64,000 nucleotides of DNA from NCBI GenBank assembly GCA_951406725.2, contig OX597819.1, positions 125,674,001 through 125,738,000 of the forward strand, in the 5' to 3' direction. The notes below the pieces were generated by a model. It saw nothing but the letters and a program-made list of their open reading frames with translations, did not search any database and had not been told where the DNA came from. This document shows positions 1 to 11,675 of the stretch, piece by piece. Position numbers and translations under genes: made by a program. Source of the stretch: Octopus vulgaris (Eukaryota). How positions within the stretch are numbered: position 1 is the first letter of the stretch; each line of letters opens with the position of its first letter.

Positions 1-94
1 TCTAGCGATAGTATTAAACCGAACGAGGGATTTGACAGAGAGATCTGGTTGTAATTATTATTTGTAATAGGTTGAGTTACTGTGGAGATACTTC

Positions 95-531
95 GGATCT
101 TTTCGGTTTGAGAGGCAGTTTTTTTCTAGCGGTGTCATATGAAATTGTCACCCATAATTATGACCCTAGTATCGATCTATTGCATTTCAATCTGTTTTAG
201 AGTTAAGGTTAGAGTTAGTTAGGGTTAGGGGTGGGGGGAAGGGTATCCTTTTTCTTCAGAAATGTAAATAAACCCAATCTGTTTCTTAAACGAGGGACAT
301 ATTCATACGGCACAGAATGTTTTTCACCTAAATAGACGTCATTGATTGGTTGAAATTGCAGAAATTGAAGAATAAAACAACAACAAATATCTTACAAACT
401 TAAGAATTTTTTCAATTAAAGCCGAGAGAAAAGGATGTTTTATAAACACATTCTACCAGTATACGAAGTTTAAAAGTGTTTAGTTACGTGGAAATTATTT
501 TAAAAAACTGCCGGTCAAACCGAAAAGATCC
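95..531. mobile_element. MITE, Merlin-like (GG-terminal TIRs, 8-bp TSD), with internal telomere-like repeats; copy 1
   Basis: ~29-bp TIRs GGATCTTTTCGGTTTGA..GGCAGTTTTT / AAAAACTGCC..TCAAACCGAAAAGATCC. Perfect TSD GATACTTC (87-94, 532-539). Degenerate TTAGGG run ~197-232. Confidence 0.9.
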
Positions 532-916
532 GATACTTCCATGTTGGTTAGACACTGTTGTTGTTAGACGGCTTCAATTCAAACTTCGCTACCAACGTAG
601 CTGCTTGTAACATTTGATTGGCTTCTGGTCATGGAAACCTTGCCTTTGCTGAGCATGTTATCCATAGACTTAGGACGTTGTCCTTCTCTTTCAAAAGACG
701 TATATATGTTTTTATTGAATAAACAAGCGACTACATATGTTATCGATTACTATTAATCTATGTTGCTATTAATGTGTTATTATTAATGTCTGTTTCTACT
801 AATGCGTTGCTTTTAATGTTGTGTAACTATTAATGGCTGCTTCTATTGCCAGACACAGACTGTAAACTGGCAGAGTTGTTAGAGTGTCGGATTAAACACC
901 CAGTAGAATTTATCCA

Positions 917-1372
917 GGATCTTTTCGGGTTGAACGGCAGTTTTTAACATAATTTCTAGGTAACTATAAAAATTCAAACTTCGTATACTGATAGAATGTG
1001 TTTATAAAATATCTTTTTCTCTTGGCTTTATTGAGAAAATTCTATAGTTTGTAAGATATTTGTTGTTTTTTTCTTCAATTTCTGCAATTTCAACCAATCA
1101 ATGACCGTCTATTGAGGTGAAAACATTCTGTGCCGTATGAATATGTCCCTCGTTTAAGAAACAGATTGGGTTTATTTACATTTCTGAAGAAAAAATATAC
1201 CCTTCCCCCCACCCCTAACCCTAACCCTTACCCTAACCCTAACCCTTACCCTAACTAACCCCTAACCCTAAAACGGATTGAAATGCAATAGATCGATACT
1301 AGGGTCATAATTATGGGTGACAATTTCATATGACACTGCTAGAAAAAACTGCCGTTCAAACCGAAAAGATCC
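917..1372. mobile_element. Same MITE, copy 2, opposite orientation to copy 1, inserted into an old SINE
   Basis: Same TIRs. TSD TTTATCCA (909-916, 1373-1380). (CCCTAA)n-like run 1213-1270. Interrupts a decayed family-A-like SINE (~868-916 / 1381-1463). Confidence 0.9.
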
Positions 1373-1661
1373 TTTATCCAGCTTTCTGCACTCTGTGTTT
1401 AAATCGTATCGAGAGCAAGTTCGTCTTTTATGTTTCCGAAATCAATTAATAAAGTACCAGTCAAATATTGCTGTCGATTATTTTCCCTCCTCTTTCTGTT
1501 CTTTCTCAGAATCGACTTCGTTTCAGCGTGAGGAGTCCCATGGCGTGGTGCGCTCATAGCCTCCCTACCCCAAGAAATGGATAAAGCTTGAGAGGACAGA
1601 AACACCTTATCATAGAAAAAAAAATAACTACAAAAACTGATATGCTACAGGAATCGTAAAG

Positions 1662-2117
1662 GGACCTTTTCGGTTTGAACGGCAGTTTTTTAAAATAATT
1701 TCCACGTAACTAAACACTTTTAAACTTCGTATACTGGTAGAAAGTGTTTATAAAACATCTTTTTCTCTTGGCTTTATTGAGAAAATTCTATTGTTTGTAA
1801 GATATTTGTTGTTTCTTTCTTAAATTTCTGCAATTTCAACCAATCACTAACGTCTGTTGAGGTAACAAACATTCTGTGCTGTATGAATATGTCCCTCGTT
1901 TAAGAAACAGATTGGGTTTATATACATTTGTGAAGAAAAAATATACCCTTCCCCCCACCCCTAACCCTAACCCTTACCCTAACCCTAACCCTTACACTAA
2001 CTAACCCTAACCCTAAAACAGATTGAAATGCAATAGATCGATACTAGGGTCATAATTATGGGTGACAATTTCATATGACACCGCTGGGAAAAACTGCCGT
2101 TCAAACCGAAAAGATCC
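1662..2117. mobile_element. Same MITE, copy 3
   Basis: Same TIRs and body as copy 2. CCCTAA run ~1959-2015. Flanked by an ~83-bp imperfect direct repeat instead of an 8-bp TSD. Confidence 0.88.
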
Positions 2118-2901
2118 GAGAAAGCTTGAGTGGACAGTAACACCCTATCATACGAAAAAAATAAAACACTACAAAAAGTGTTATGCTACAGGAATCGTAA
2201 AGAGATGGTTCGGCACATAGTAGAGCACGGAGCGGGTATAAAGAAGAATTTTAAAAATCAAAATAGATTAAACTACTCTTTCCGCCAAAATTTCTGACCT
2301 TGTGCCTAATTTAGATCTCTTTTATTTACTGTTTACATCTTAGGAATCATTAGACGTTAGAGATGTTAAAAATCATTATTTACTGTTTACACAACAACAC
2401 ATTAAAGTGTCTATGGTAACCGCTGAAAACCAGCTGGAAACGAGACGCTCAGAAGAACTGAAAGAACAGACAAGTGAATGTTCTCGAAAATGTTTCGAAA
2501 TTTCTCATATCAGCGCAAAAAAGAATTTCTGAAATTCTTCTCAATAATGAGATAAAAATTAAGGAAAAAAAAAATAAATTTAAAAATATAAAATAAAATA
2601 AAGTAAAATAAAAAAATATAAATAAAAGAAAAATATAAGAATTATACAAAAGAAATGCTTATGATTTTAAAGAATATCAGTTGAGTTTTGTGTATGAAAA
2701 GTCACGCCTACCAAAAAAAAAAAAAAAAAAAAAAAAAGAAGGAAAAATCTTAAGCGTAAAATGAATTCTGCACAATTAATAAGTGGTAATTATACAAAGA
2801 GTTATTTATTCAACCGTATGCTATAGGTCAGAGTTTTGAAACAGGCACTGTGGAATATATTTTTTTAATTTATTTATTAATTAATTATCATTATTATTAT
2901 T

Positions 2902-3168
2902 CAGTAGTTTTATTTTTATAGCGTGCTTTCACTTCACTACCGAGCACAGCTCTGTGTGCCTTGGGTATGTGCTGTGATTTGTTGTGATGCTCTGATGGTT
3001 ATTGTATGGAAAGTGTTCTGCGTAGGATGTGTGCAGTGCCTAGTAGTGCAATTTTCTGTATGTTATATGTGTTTGTAAGTCCTGGTGTTTTTGTTATGTA
3101 TTTGTCTGAATATTTTTTTATCATGCCTAATGCACCTACTATGATAGGAATTGTTTCTGTTTTCAGAT
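2902..3168 (-). mobile_element. R4/Dong-clade non-LTR retrotransposon, 3' end (RLE C-terminus plus 3' UTR)
   Basis: Translation TIPIIVGALGMIKK...IQKIALLGTAHILRRTLSIQ* is the typical RLE tail. The 3' UTR runs into (AAT)n and matches 19125-19400. Confidence 0.85.
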
Positions 3169-3211
3169 TCTTCTTCTTCTTCTTCTTCTTCTTCTTCTTC
3201 TTCTTCTTCTT

Positions 3212-3242
<31 letters not shown>

Positions 3243-3264
3243 TTATTATTATTATTATTATTAT

Positions 3265-3306
<42 letters not shown>
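3168..3306. repeat. Compound trinucleotide microsatellite (TTC)n(TTA)n(TAG)n
   Basis: Direct reading. Confidence 0.97.
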
Positions 3307-4125
3307 CGGGGAAGTGCGACGACGTCCTCGGGGAGACCATAGGCGTCGACGAAAACGAACTGGCAAAGTCTATTCCAGAGGACTTTCCGGTCGGGGACTG
3401 TTATGGATAATTTCCAGACGTCTTTGGTTTGGCAGTGCTACCGGGTGGCGTGGGGGGCGCTACCGGTTCGATATAAACTCTACAGGCGCGGATGTGTTAT
3501 CAGACGGGCTTGTCCGCGAGGAGCTCGCAGAGCGACGAACCCGTTCTGCATGCACTCGTTCAATGTCCTACTTTAATCGGGCAAGCAAGACAGTTTTCCT
3601 TTGTCTGGTGGGCTGTGGCGAAAAAGGTTGTCTGGTGGACAAGGCTGAAAAGAATGAGGACAGAAACGTTCCTCTTTGGTAAAACCCTCATCGATTTTTC
3701 AAGTTTCAGCTGAAAAGGAAAGTGAGGGTGGAGAGGGAGGTGCTGTCCCCGAGAGAATTTATGAAAAGGGGGGGCGGTGAACGTTGCAAAAATGGTATGG
3801 GTGAATGGTACCACTCTCAGTGTAGACCTGTGAGTCAGAAAAAGAAGTTGGAGTGGGCTCTCGTCCTTGGTACTCAGGGTGATCCTGAATGGTGGGGTTC
3901 CTTGATTATCCCTAGAGGTCTTCCTGAATCAGGGGGAATCTCCCATCATGATCCTTTTCCCCACTCTTTCTCTAGTGTCATATACTATGTATATACTTCG
4001 CTTCTTCTATTGTATACCGTGTATTCTTTTTATTTTATCATTCCATTATATGTAAACCCCCACATTTTATGTCTGTCTTTGTATTGTCCCCTCATCCTTC
4101 GCCCTGGTGGTAAATAAAAGAAACC
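3307..4125 (+). mobile_element. L1/Tx1-like LINE 3' fragment (zf-RVT CCHC region plus 3' UTR), frameshifted
   Basis: Pieced translation MDNFQTSLVWQCYR..LPVRYKLYRRG..RACPR..QSDEPVLHALVQCP resembles the Tx1 C-terminal zinc knuckle. Ends AATAAAAGAAACC before (ATT/GTT)n. Confidence 0.7.
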
Positions 4126-4150
4126 ATTATTATTGTTGTTGTTCGATATA

Positions 4151-4224
4151 GCAACTACTATGGCGTAGTGGTTAAGAGCACAGGCTACTAACCTCAAGAT
4201 TCCGAGTTCGATTCCAGGCAGTGA

Positions 4225-4269
<45 letters not shown>

Positions 4270-4385
4270 CAGCAACAACATCGAAAAATACTTTAGGAAT
4301 GAGAACCCAGGTTTGAAATTTCCCCAAGACACCTGGCTGGAGTGTATATCAACCGAAATGTTTCTTAACAGCAAACAAGTTGTGG
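4151..4385 (+). mobile_element. tRNA-headed SINE-like element with internal (AAT)n and a possible decayed hammerhead
   Basis: A box TGGCGTAGTGG (4161-4171), B box GAGTTCGATTCC (~4204-4215), then (AAT)n and ACACCTG.GCTGG...TCAACCGAAATGT. Confidence 0.6.
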
Positions 4386-4985
4386 ACAAATTTTTGTTTT
4401 TACTGCTCAGAAGCCAAGGTAGATTTGTACAACCACCAAGTTTGTCACTCCTCAGGGTTGTTTTGGTATGTTTGCTGACCCTGAAGACTTTGGCAACAAA
4501 ACGATTGGAATAAAAAGTCGGAAAATAGATGAGGCAAAGCAGCAGCAACAGCAGCAACAACAATAATGGCAAAAAAACAAAACAAAAAGACAGAAGCAGC
4601 AGCAGCAAAAAAAACAAAAACAGCAACAAAAACAACGCCCTTAAGAGCCCCCAGATAACCAACGACTGCAACTGAGAGCCCCCAAACAACCACAGTAGAG
4701 GAAAAAGACAACGACCCTCTTGACATGCCCCTCTCCGCTTGGTACCGCACAGACATGTTGTGTAACTAAGGTAACGGGAAATAAAGCAGAATTCAAAAAG
4801 TAACAAACAAGATAAAAAAAAAGAAAAAAATAAGGAGAAAACATATCTCGCCAAAATAAAAAAATGGGAAAAAAACTAGGACGTTCAAACTGGTGGAAGA
4901 AATACCTCCCAACAACGACACAACACCATCTCCAACAACAAGTGGATTTGGTAGATGGAAACTAAAACCCCGTCCTATATATGTG

Positions 4986-5034
<49 letters not shown>

Positions 5035-5038
<4 letters not shown>

Positions 5039-5432
5039 CAGTATCGCCCGGCGTTGCTCAGGTTTGTAAGGGAAATAACTATATAAGCATTTTTAGAGAG
5101 TTATAGCCAACAAATAGCAAAAAATGCATTAAAAATGGAAAAAAAAATTATGGTAATTTTTTTAAAAAATCGTAGACTCATCGTAGACATTTTTAGAGAG
5201 TTACTTCCCTTATATAATAGCGAAAAAATGCATTAAAATGGAAAAAAATTATGGTAAATTTTTTTTAAAATCGTAGACTCATCGTAGACACGCGCTAATA
5301 CCCAGAAGGGCTCGATATGAATCACGACTATAAGATACCCGGTTTTGGTTACACTGCACCGCAAAATGTGGGAGTAGTTAGGAATCTAAATCGTAGGAGA
5401 CAGACACACAACTTCTCTTTTATATATAAAGA
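5035..5432 (-). mobile_element. Non-autonomous Helitron-like element
   Basis: Minus strand starts A|TCTTTATATATAAAAG and ends with the GC-rich hairpin CCTGAGCAACGCCGGG followed by CTA(T). ~100-bp internal tandem duplication 5088-5289. Confidence 0.75.
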
Positions 5433-5433
5433 T

Positions 5434-5732
5434 ATCACCGTGATCACCGTGACCGACCAGGCTATCAGATGTTGCTACACATCGCTGGTCACAATGCGCT
5501 TCGCATTGTTTTAGCCTTCAAATGATGCCACCCCGCTGGCTAAGCGAGCAGGCCAACAGAAGAAAGAGTGAGAGAAAGTTGTGGCGAAAGAGTACAGCAG
5601 GGACCGCCGCCATTCCCTGCCGGAGCCTCGTGGAACTTTAGGTGTTTTCGCTCAACAAACACTCCCAACGCCCGGTCTGGAAATCGAAACCGCGAGTCCA
5701 CTGACCTAACCACTGGGCCATTGCGCCTCCAT
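5434..5732 (-). mobile_element. tRNA-derived SINE family B (tail type 1, ending in CACGGTGAT repeats)
   Basis: Head GGAGGCGCAATGGCCCAGTGGTTAGG. Near-identical to 16660-16960. Confidence 0.85.
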
Positions 5733-5743
5733 ATATATATATT

Positions 5744-5799
<56 letters not shown>

Positions 5800-5819
5800 T
5801 GTGTGCGTGTGTGTTTGTA

Positions 5820-6043
5820 TGTGTGAATCTCTGTGTCTGTTTGTCTCCTACCACCGCATGACAACTGGTGTGAGTGCATTTATGTCCCCGTAACTAAGCC
5901 GTTCGGCAAGAGAGACCAATAGAATAAGTAGCTGTCTGTAAAACAATAAGTACTGAGGTCGATTCATTCGGCTAAAAATTCGAGAAGGCGGAACCCCAGC
6001 ATGGCCGCAGTCTAATGACTGAAACTATTAAAAGATAAAAGAA
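5820..6043 (+). mobile_element. SINE family C, 3' half
   Basis: Matches the 3' half of 26787-27205 (TTAGCGGTTCGGCAAAAGAGACC...CAGCATGGCCGCAGTC...). Confidence 0.75.
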
Positions 6044-6074
6044 TGAGACTGAATCTGATGATTCACAGCAGTAT

Positions 6075-6775
6075 TCCGCTGAGGTCGACTTTGCCTTCCA
6101 TTCTTTCGGGGTTAATTAAATAAGTACCAGTTACGCACTGGGTCGATATAATCACTTTAATCCGTTTGTCTGTCCTTGTTTGTCCTCTCTGTGTTTAGCC
6201 CCTTGTGGGTAGTAAAGAAGTAGGTATTTCGTCTGCTGCTACGTTCTGAGTTCAAATTCCGCCGAGGTTGACTTTGTCTTTCATCCTGTCGAGGTCGATA
6301 AATTAAGTGCCAGTTACGCACTGGGTCGATATAATCGACTTAATCCCTTTGTCTGTCCTTGTTTATCCTCTCTGTGTTTAGCGCCTTGTGGATAGTAAAG
6401 AAATAGGTATTTTGTCTGCCGCTACGCTCTGAGTTCAAATTCCGCCGAGGTCGACTTTCCCTTTCAATCTTTCGGGGTCGATTAGATAAGTACCAGTCAC
6501 GCACTGGGGTCGATATAATTGAGTTAATGCGTTTGTCTGTCCTTGTTTGTCCTCTGTGTGTTTAGCCCCTTGTGAGCAGTAAAGAAATAGGTATTTCGCC
6601 TGCCGTTACGTTCTGAGTTCCAATTCCGCCGAGGTCGACTTTGCTTTCATCCTTTCGGGGTCGATAAATTAAGTACCAGTTACGCATTGGGGTCGATATA
6701 ATCGACTTAATCCGTTTGTCTGTCCTTGTTTGTCCTCTCTGTGTTTAGCCCCTTGTGGGTAGTAAATAAGTAGGT
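6075..6775 (+). mobile_element. SINE family A, 5'-truncated ~4-unit multimer of the ~181-bp unit
   Basis: Repeated GGTATTTCGTCTGCC...GAGTTCAAATTCCGCCGAGGTCGAC...AGTAAAGAAATA units. Confidence 0.9.
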
Positions 6776-7857
6776 ATTCTTAACAATGTCATTTGTTAAA
6801 ACATCGTTCTGCTTGTGTTCAATTGTTATCCGTATCTCTTGAAGTCATAGAAGCTGATCGCAAGATAAGCCGCAGAGGAAAAGTGCTTACAATTATTCAT
6901 GGGAGGAGGTGGCCACAGTAAGAGAGAGAGAGAGAGAGAGAGGAGAAAATAAAGCACAAGTTATCATAAATATTTATTATATTCTTACTAACACTAATAT
7001 ATTGTTACTAACACTCAATGTTATCTAAATACTAATTTTACAATAACCTCAATTATTTATCTAGGTTCACTGTCTAAAAAAAAAAAATCATGAAATTAAT
7101 ATCACGAAACGGTGTTATGAATATGTGTATCTAAGTAAAAACAAGAAAATTTATTAAATGTGAAATTTCCCCGAGCCACCCTTGTTATTATTAGCACAAC
7201 AATTTGGAGTAGCTGCTGATTATTAGCCTTTCGTTTCACTTCGACTTGTGTATTGAGTAATGCATGAATTTACATCGTGTGTAACCGGTGCTCCGTTGCC
7301 AGTGGGCGAAAAATCAATAGAAAAGTAAATAAACTACAAATGGCCATCGTAATATATAAATTCAAGTACAAACATGAAAATTATTAACTACTCCAGTCTA
7401 TTTCTTTTGTACATTCAATATACAAATAGGCTGGCTATACAATTTTTAACAAGGAGCCATTGCGACAAATTATGAACACAACAGACGACAACTCATGACA
7501 AAAAGGAAAGCGTTGATTCACAACCGCTAATTACAATAAGATACTCCACAGAACAGAAAATTCATTATGTAATCAATCCTAATAGTTATATCCAGACAAA
7601 ATAATTCAATACATAACGAATATGACGCCATAGTATAGATATAGTAAACATTCGACACTTATTGTATATCTTTTATATATATACGTACGTACGTAAGTAT
7701 GTATGTATGTATGTATGTATGTATGTATGTATGTATGTATGTATGTATGTATGTATGTATGTATGTATGTATGTATGTGCATATATCTATATATCTCTCT
7801 ATATATGTTTGTGTGTGCATGACAGACAGACAGACACACACACATATACATATATAC

Positions 7858-8012
7858 AATGGGCTTCTTTTAGTTTCCGTCTACCAAATCCACTCACAAG
7901 GCTTTGGTCGGCCCGAGGCTATAGTAGAAGACACTTGCCCAAGATGCCACGCAGTAGGACTGAACCCGGAACCATGTGCTTGGTAATGAAGCTACTTACC
8001 CCACAGCCTCCC
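7858..8012 (-). mobile_element. SINE family C, 5' half (tRNA head plus CORE-like block)
   Basis: Reverse complement of the 26787-26950 head, including CTTGGGCAAGTGTCTT. Confidence 0.8.
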
Positions 8013-8016
8013 CTGG

Positions 8017-8048
<32 letters not shown>

Positions 8049-8873
8049 CACTGGAAATTGAAACTACACAAATCCTTACTCTAACTTTTTCTTTTCCAAG
8101 TTTAGAACGATTATGAATAATGGAACTTCAGAAATATATTCAAAAGAGACTCGTTCGAAATATGTTAATATCAAAGCAAGTTTTGATTGGATAAGACGTA
8201 GCAGAAATTTGGAACAAAAGCATAATATCGGATGGCGATATGACCACTGCATATCAAATATTAATTAAAAAAACGTATAGAGGGTTATGTATGGAAGGGA
8301 ACTCATTTGATAAAGAAAGAAAAGAGAAGAAAGAAAGAGAAAAGAGTAAGGAAGGAGTAAGGAAAAGGAAAGAGAGATGAAAGAAGAAAATAATCGGTAC
8401 AAAGAAAAAATGAATTGGTATATAAATGTATAAAAGTATGGAAGCATATATTAAATGAATATGGATGAAAATACATGAAAATATATGAAATTTAGGAAAA
8501 GGCGATTAAATTTCGAAAAAAGGAAAATAAGATATGGTTACATTTAAATTTTGAATTAAATTTTTAAAGATAAGAGTGTGGTAAATAGCCAAACTATGTA
8601 AGTGGGGTAACTTGAAGATTTAAAGATAAAATATTTACAATTTTTCGCTATAGTGAAGCGAGGACAGCATTAAAAAATGGCTGCGTGCGATTAGATTCTA
8701 CAAGAAGTCAAAGTAATTAACAATTAGATGGTGAAAACTGATGCAGCAAATATTTAAAATTGTACCTGCATAAATTTAATAGCTCAGAGCTTATTATTTA
8801 TGTGCGTATCGAAAATGATATAAGATTTTGGTTTACACACAGAAGTTACACAACGTAAATATAAACTTAAAAT

Positions 8874-9201
8874 TCATGACAATACGGTGTAGCATGGTTC
8901 CAGAGACCCCAATTTATTTTGAACGCAGTCGAACTGGATTCTTTCAAGGGCCAAATGAATTTGGACAAATTGTTGGGAGCCTTTATCTGGGTATTTAGAT
9001 GAAGGTATATACTCGTCGAAACGTCCATTGAACCAGGTGAGATTTAATCGCACTCTGATTATCCATCTGTACATCTGTGCGATGAACAATTCTTTTCGCA
9101 AGGCGATTAACAGTGAAAGGATAATTGCTAGGAAGAGAAGCAATAATAATGGCATTAGGAAGTCTATTTGAATTATGTTGGTTAATAGAGCCAGCAAAAC
9201 T
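8874..9201 (-). CDS. Candidate coding exon with a hydrophobic signal/TM segment; product unknown
   Basis: Non-repetitive stop-free frame of ~109 codons (..MPLLLLLFLAIILSLLIALRKELFIAQMYRWIIRV..) behind a good acceptor TTTATTCTTACTTTCAG (AG at 9203-9202). GC is higher than in the flanks. No homology recognised. Confidence 0.35.
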
Positions 9202-9274
9202 CTGAAAGTAAGAATAAAATTAATCAGAAACACGAAATTTCTGGTGGATAATAAAGAGAAGATACACATATACC

Positions 9275-9870
9275 TATTTCTTTACTACCCACAAGGGGCT
9301 AAACACAGAGGACAAACAAAGACAGACAAACTGATTATGTCGATTACATCGACCCCAGTGCGTAACTGGTACTTAATTTATCGACCCCGAAAGGATGAAA
9401 GGCAAAGTTGACTTCGGCGGAATTTGAACTCAGAACGTAGCGGCAGACAAAATACCTATTTCTTTACTACCCAAGGGGCTAAACACAGAGTGGACAAACA
9501 AAGACAGACAAACCGATTATGTCGATTACATCGACCCCAGTGTGTAACTGGTACTTATTTAATCGACCCCGACAGGATGAAGGACAAAGTCGACCTCCGC
9601 GGAATTTGAACTCAGAACGTAGCGGCAGACAAAATACCTATTTCTTTACTACCCACAAGGGGCTAAACACAGAGGGACAAACAAGGACAGACAAACGGAT
9701 TAAGTCGATTACATCGACCCCAGTGCGTAACTGGTACTTATTTAATCGACCCCGAAAGGATGAAATGCAAAGTCGACCTCGGCGGAATTTGAACTCAGAA
9801 CGTAGCGACAGACGAAATACAGCTAAGCATTTCGCCCGGCGTGCTAACGTTTTTGCCATCTCGCCGCCTT
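9275..9870 (-). mobile_element. SINE family A trimer (one head plus 3 units) with a single TSD
   Basis: Head AAGGCGGCGAGATGGCAAAAACGTTAGCACGCCGGGCG at 9870-9820. Three ~181-bp units. Flanks AAGATACACATATACC (9259-9274) / AAGATACATACATACC (9871-9886). Confidence 0.92.
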
Positions 9871-10290
9871 AAGATACATACATACCAGTTGCTACAGAAT
9901 AGAAAGTAGGTTAACAAACAACAAAGTTTACAAAACTACTTACATCTAAATATCAGTTATTTTTGTAGCCCAGGGCTCTGTCTGACCTGAGATTAAAAGC
10001 ATTCCAATCACGACCAACCCGTCCTTTTTTTCTAGAGAATGTTTCTGTGACTACGTAACCCAATGTATCTCCCAGTTCTCTTTATTGTAGACTAATTACT
10101 GAATTAATAACATTAGGAAAAACACCAAACACTTATTAATTGATTATATACTGCATTCTTTTATCTTTTAATTATTTCAGTAATTAGACTGCGGCCACGC
10201 TGGGGCAACATTTTGAAGGATTTTGGTCGAACGGAGCGACCCAGTACCCCACTAGACATGCCAGCACTCTTTGTCAGCGGTGATGCGAGA

Positions 10291-10400
<110 letters not shown>

Positions 10401-10526
10401 GAAGCAAATTCATAAACCGTATTGGACTGAACCCGTAACCATGTGGTCCGGAAGCAAACTTCTCACCACGCAGCCACACATGCTGTTGAATTTTGCTAAA
10501 AATATGTGTACATATATATATATATA

Positions 10527-10577
<51 letters not shown>

Positions 10578-10812
10578 ATATATCCATATATATATACACA
10601 CACGTGCACACACAAAATGCGTTAATATCTAGCAAAGAGAATGAGTTCTTAACACCGCATCGGTGGATAAAAATTCTATATCTATGGCTTAAGGTTATCA
10701 TTTGTTTCATGTTAAAAAAGAAATCACTTAACAATTATTAAGCCTATCACATGGAACACCGGTGTTCGACCCCGTTGGTAGCTTTAGCCTATAAATAAAG
10801 TGTGTATATGTG

Positions 10813-10844
<32 letters not shown>

Positions 10845-11483
10845 AATATATATATATGTATGTATATATATATATATATATATATATGCATGCTAATATA
10901 TGACCTACGTTGGACTCCCCATTCGCATATTCATCGAACCTGGAGCTTAACTATAATCTGTCCTTAGCACTTACTAAGCATTACCTGATACCTTTGGGTC
11001 ATCTTCACACCAATACCTCTCATACCCCCCCCTCTCTCTCTCTGTATATATATATATACACACACACAAACACATGCGCGCACACACATATATATTTGAG
11101 TGCATGCGGCTATGGTACAAGAAGCCAAAATGGGGAATTATGTAAGGTAGTGGACTAAACGGAAGAGTTGTGTCGTAGGAAATAATTTATAATTGTTTCC
11201 TGGCGGGTACTAACCCCAAGTAAATTAAGCCAGCAGATAAAAAAGAATAGGCATAGAGATAAATAGCAATTTTTATTTCCACGTAAAGACCAATATGAGT
11301 CAATTGTTATTCGCCTTTAATCCCAAGAAAAAAAATCCCAGAAAGCAGTTAACCATACTTAACGCAATAGTACGTTTTGCGTATACCTATTTATTTCATA
11401 TACATACATACATAATCCACGCACGCACGCATTCATGCATGCATGCATACATACATACATGCATACATACATACATTCGTACA

Positions 11484-11517
<34 letters not shown>

Positions 11518-11563
11518 CACACATACATACATGCATACATACATTCGTACATTCGTACATACA

Positions 11564-11596
<33 letters not shown>

Positions 11597-11675
11597 CATA
11601 CATTCATACATACATGCATACATACATACATACATACATACATACATACATACATACATACATAAAAAACATACA

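Noticed and set aside
1213-1270. Telomere or chromosome-fusion site
   Set aside because: The repeats are short, degenerate and internal to a TIR element with TSDs.
6075-6775. Regularly spaced repeats as a possible CRISPR-like array
   Set aside because: Whole ~181-bp units repeat with no unique spacers. They are SINE multimers, and there are no cas genes.
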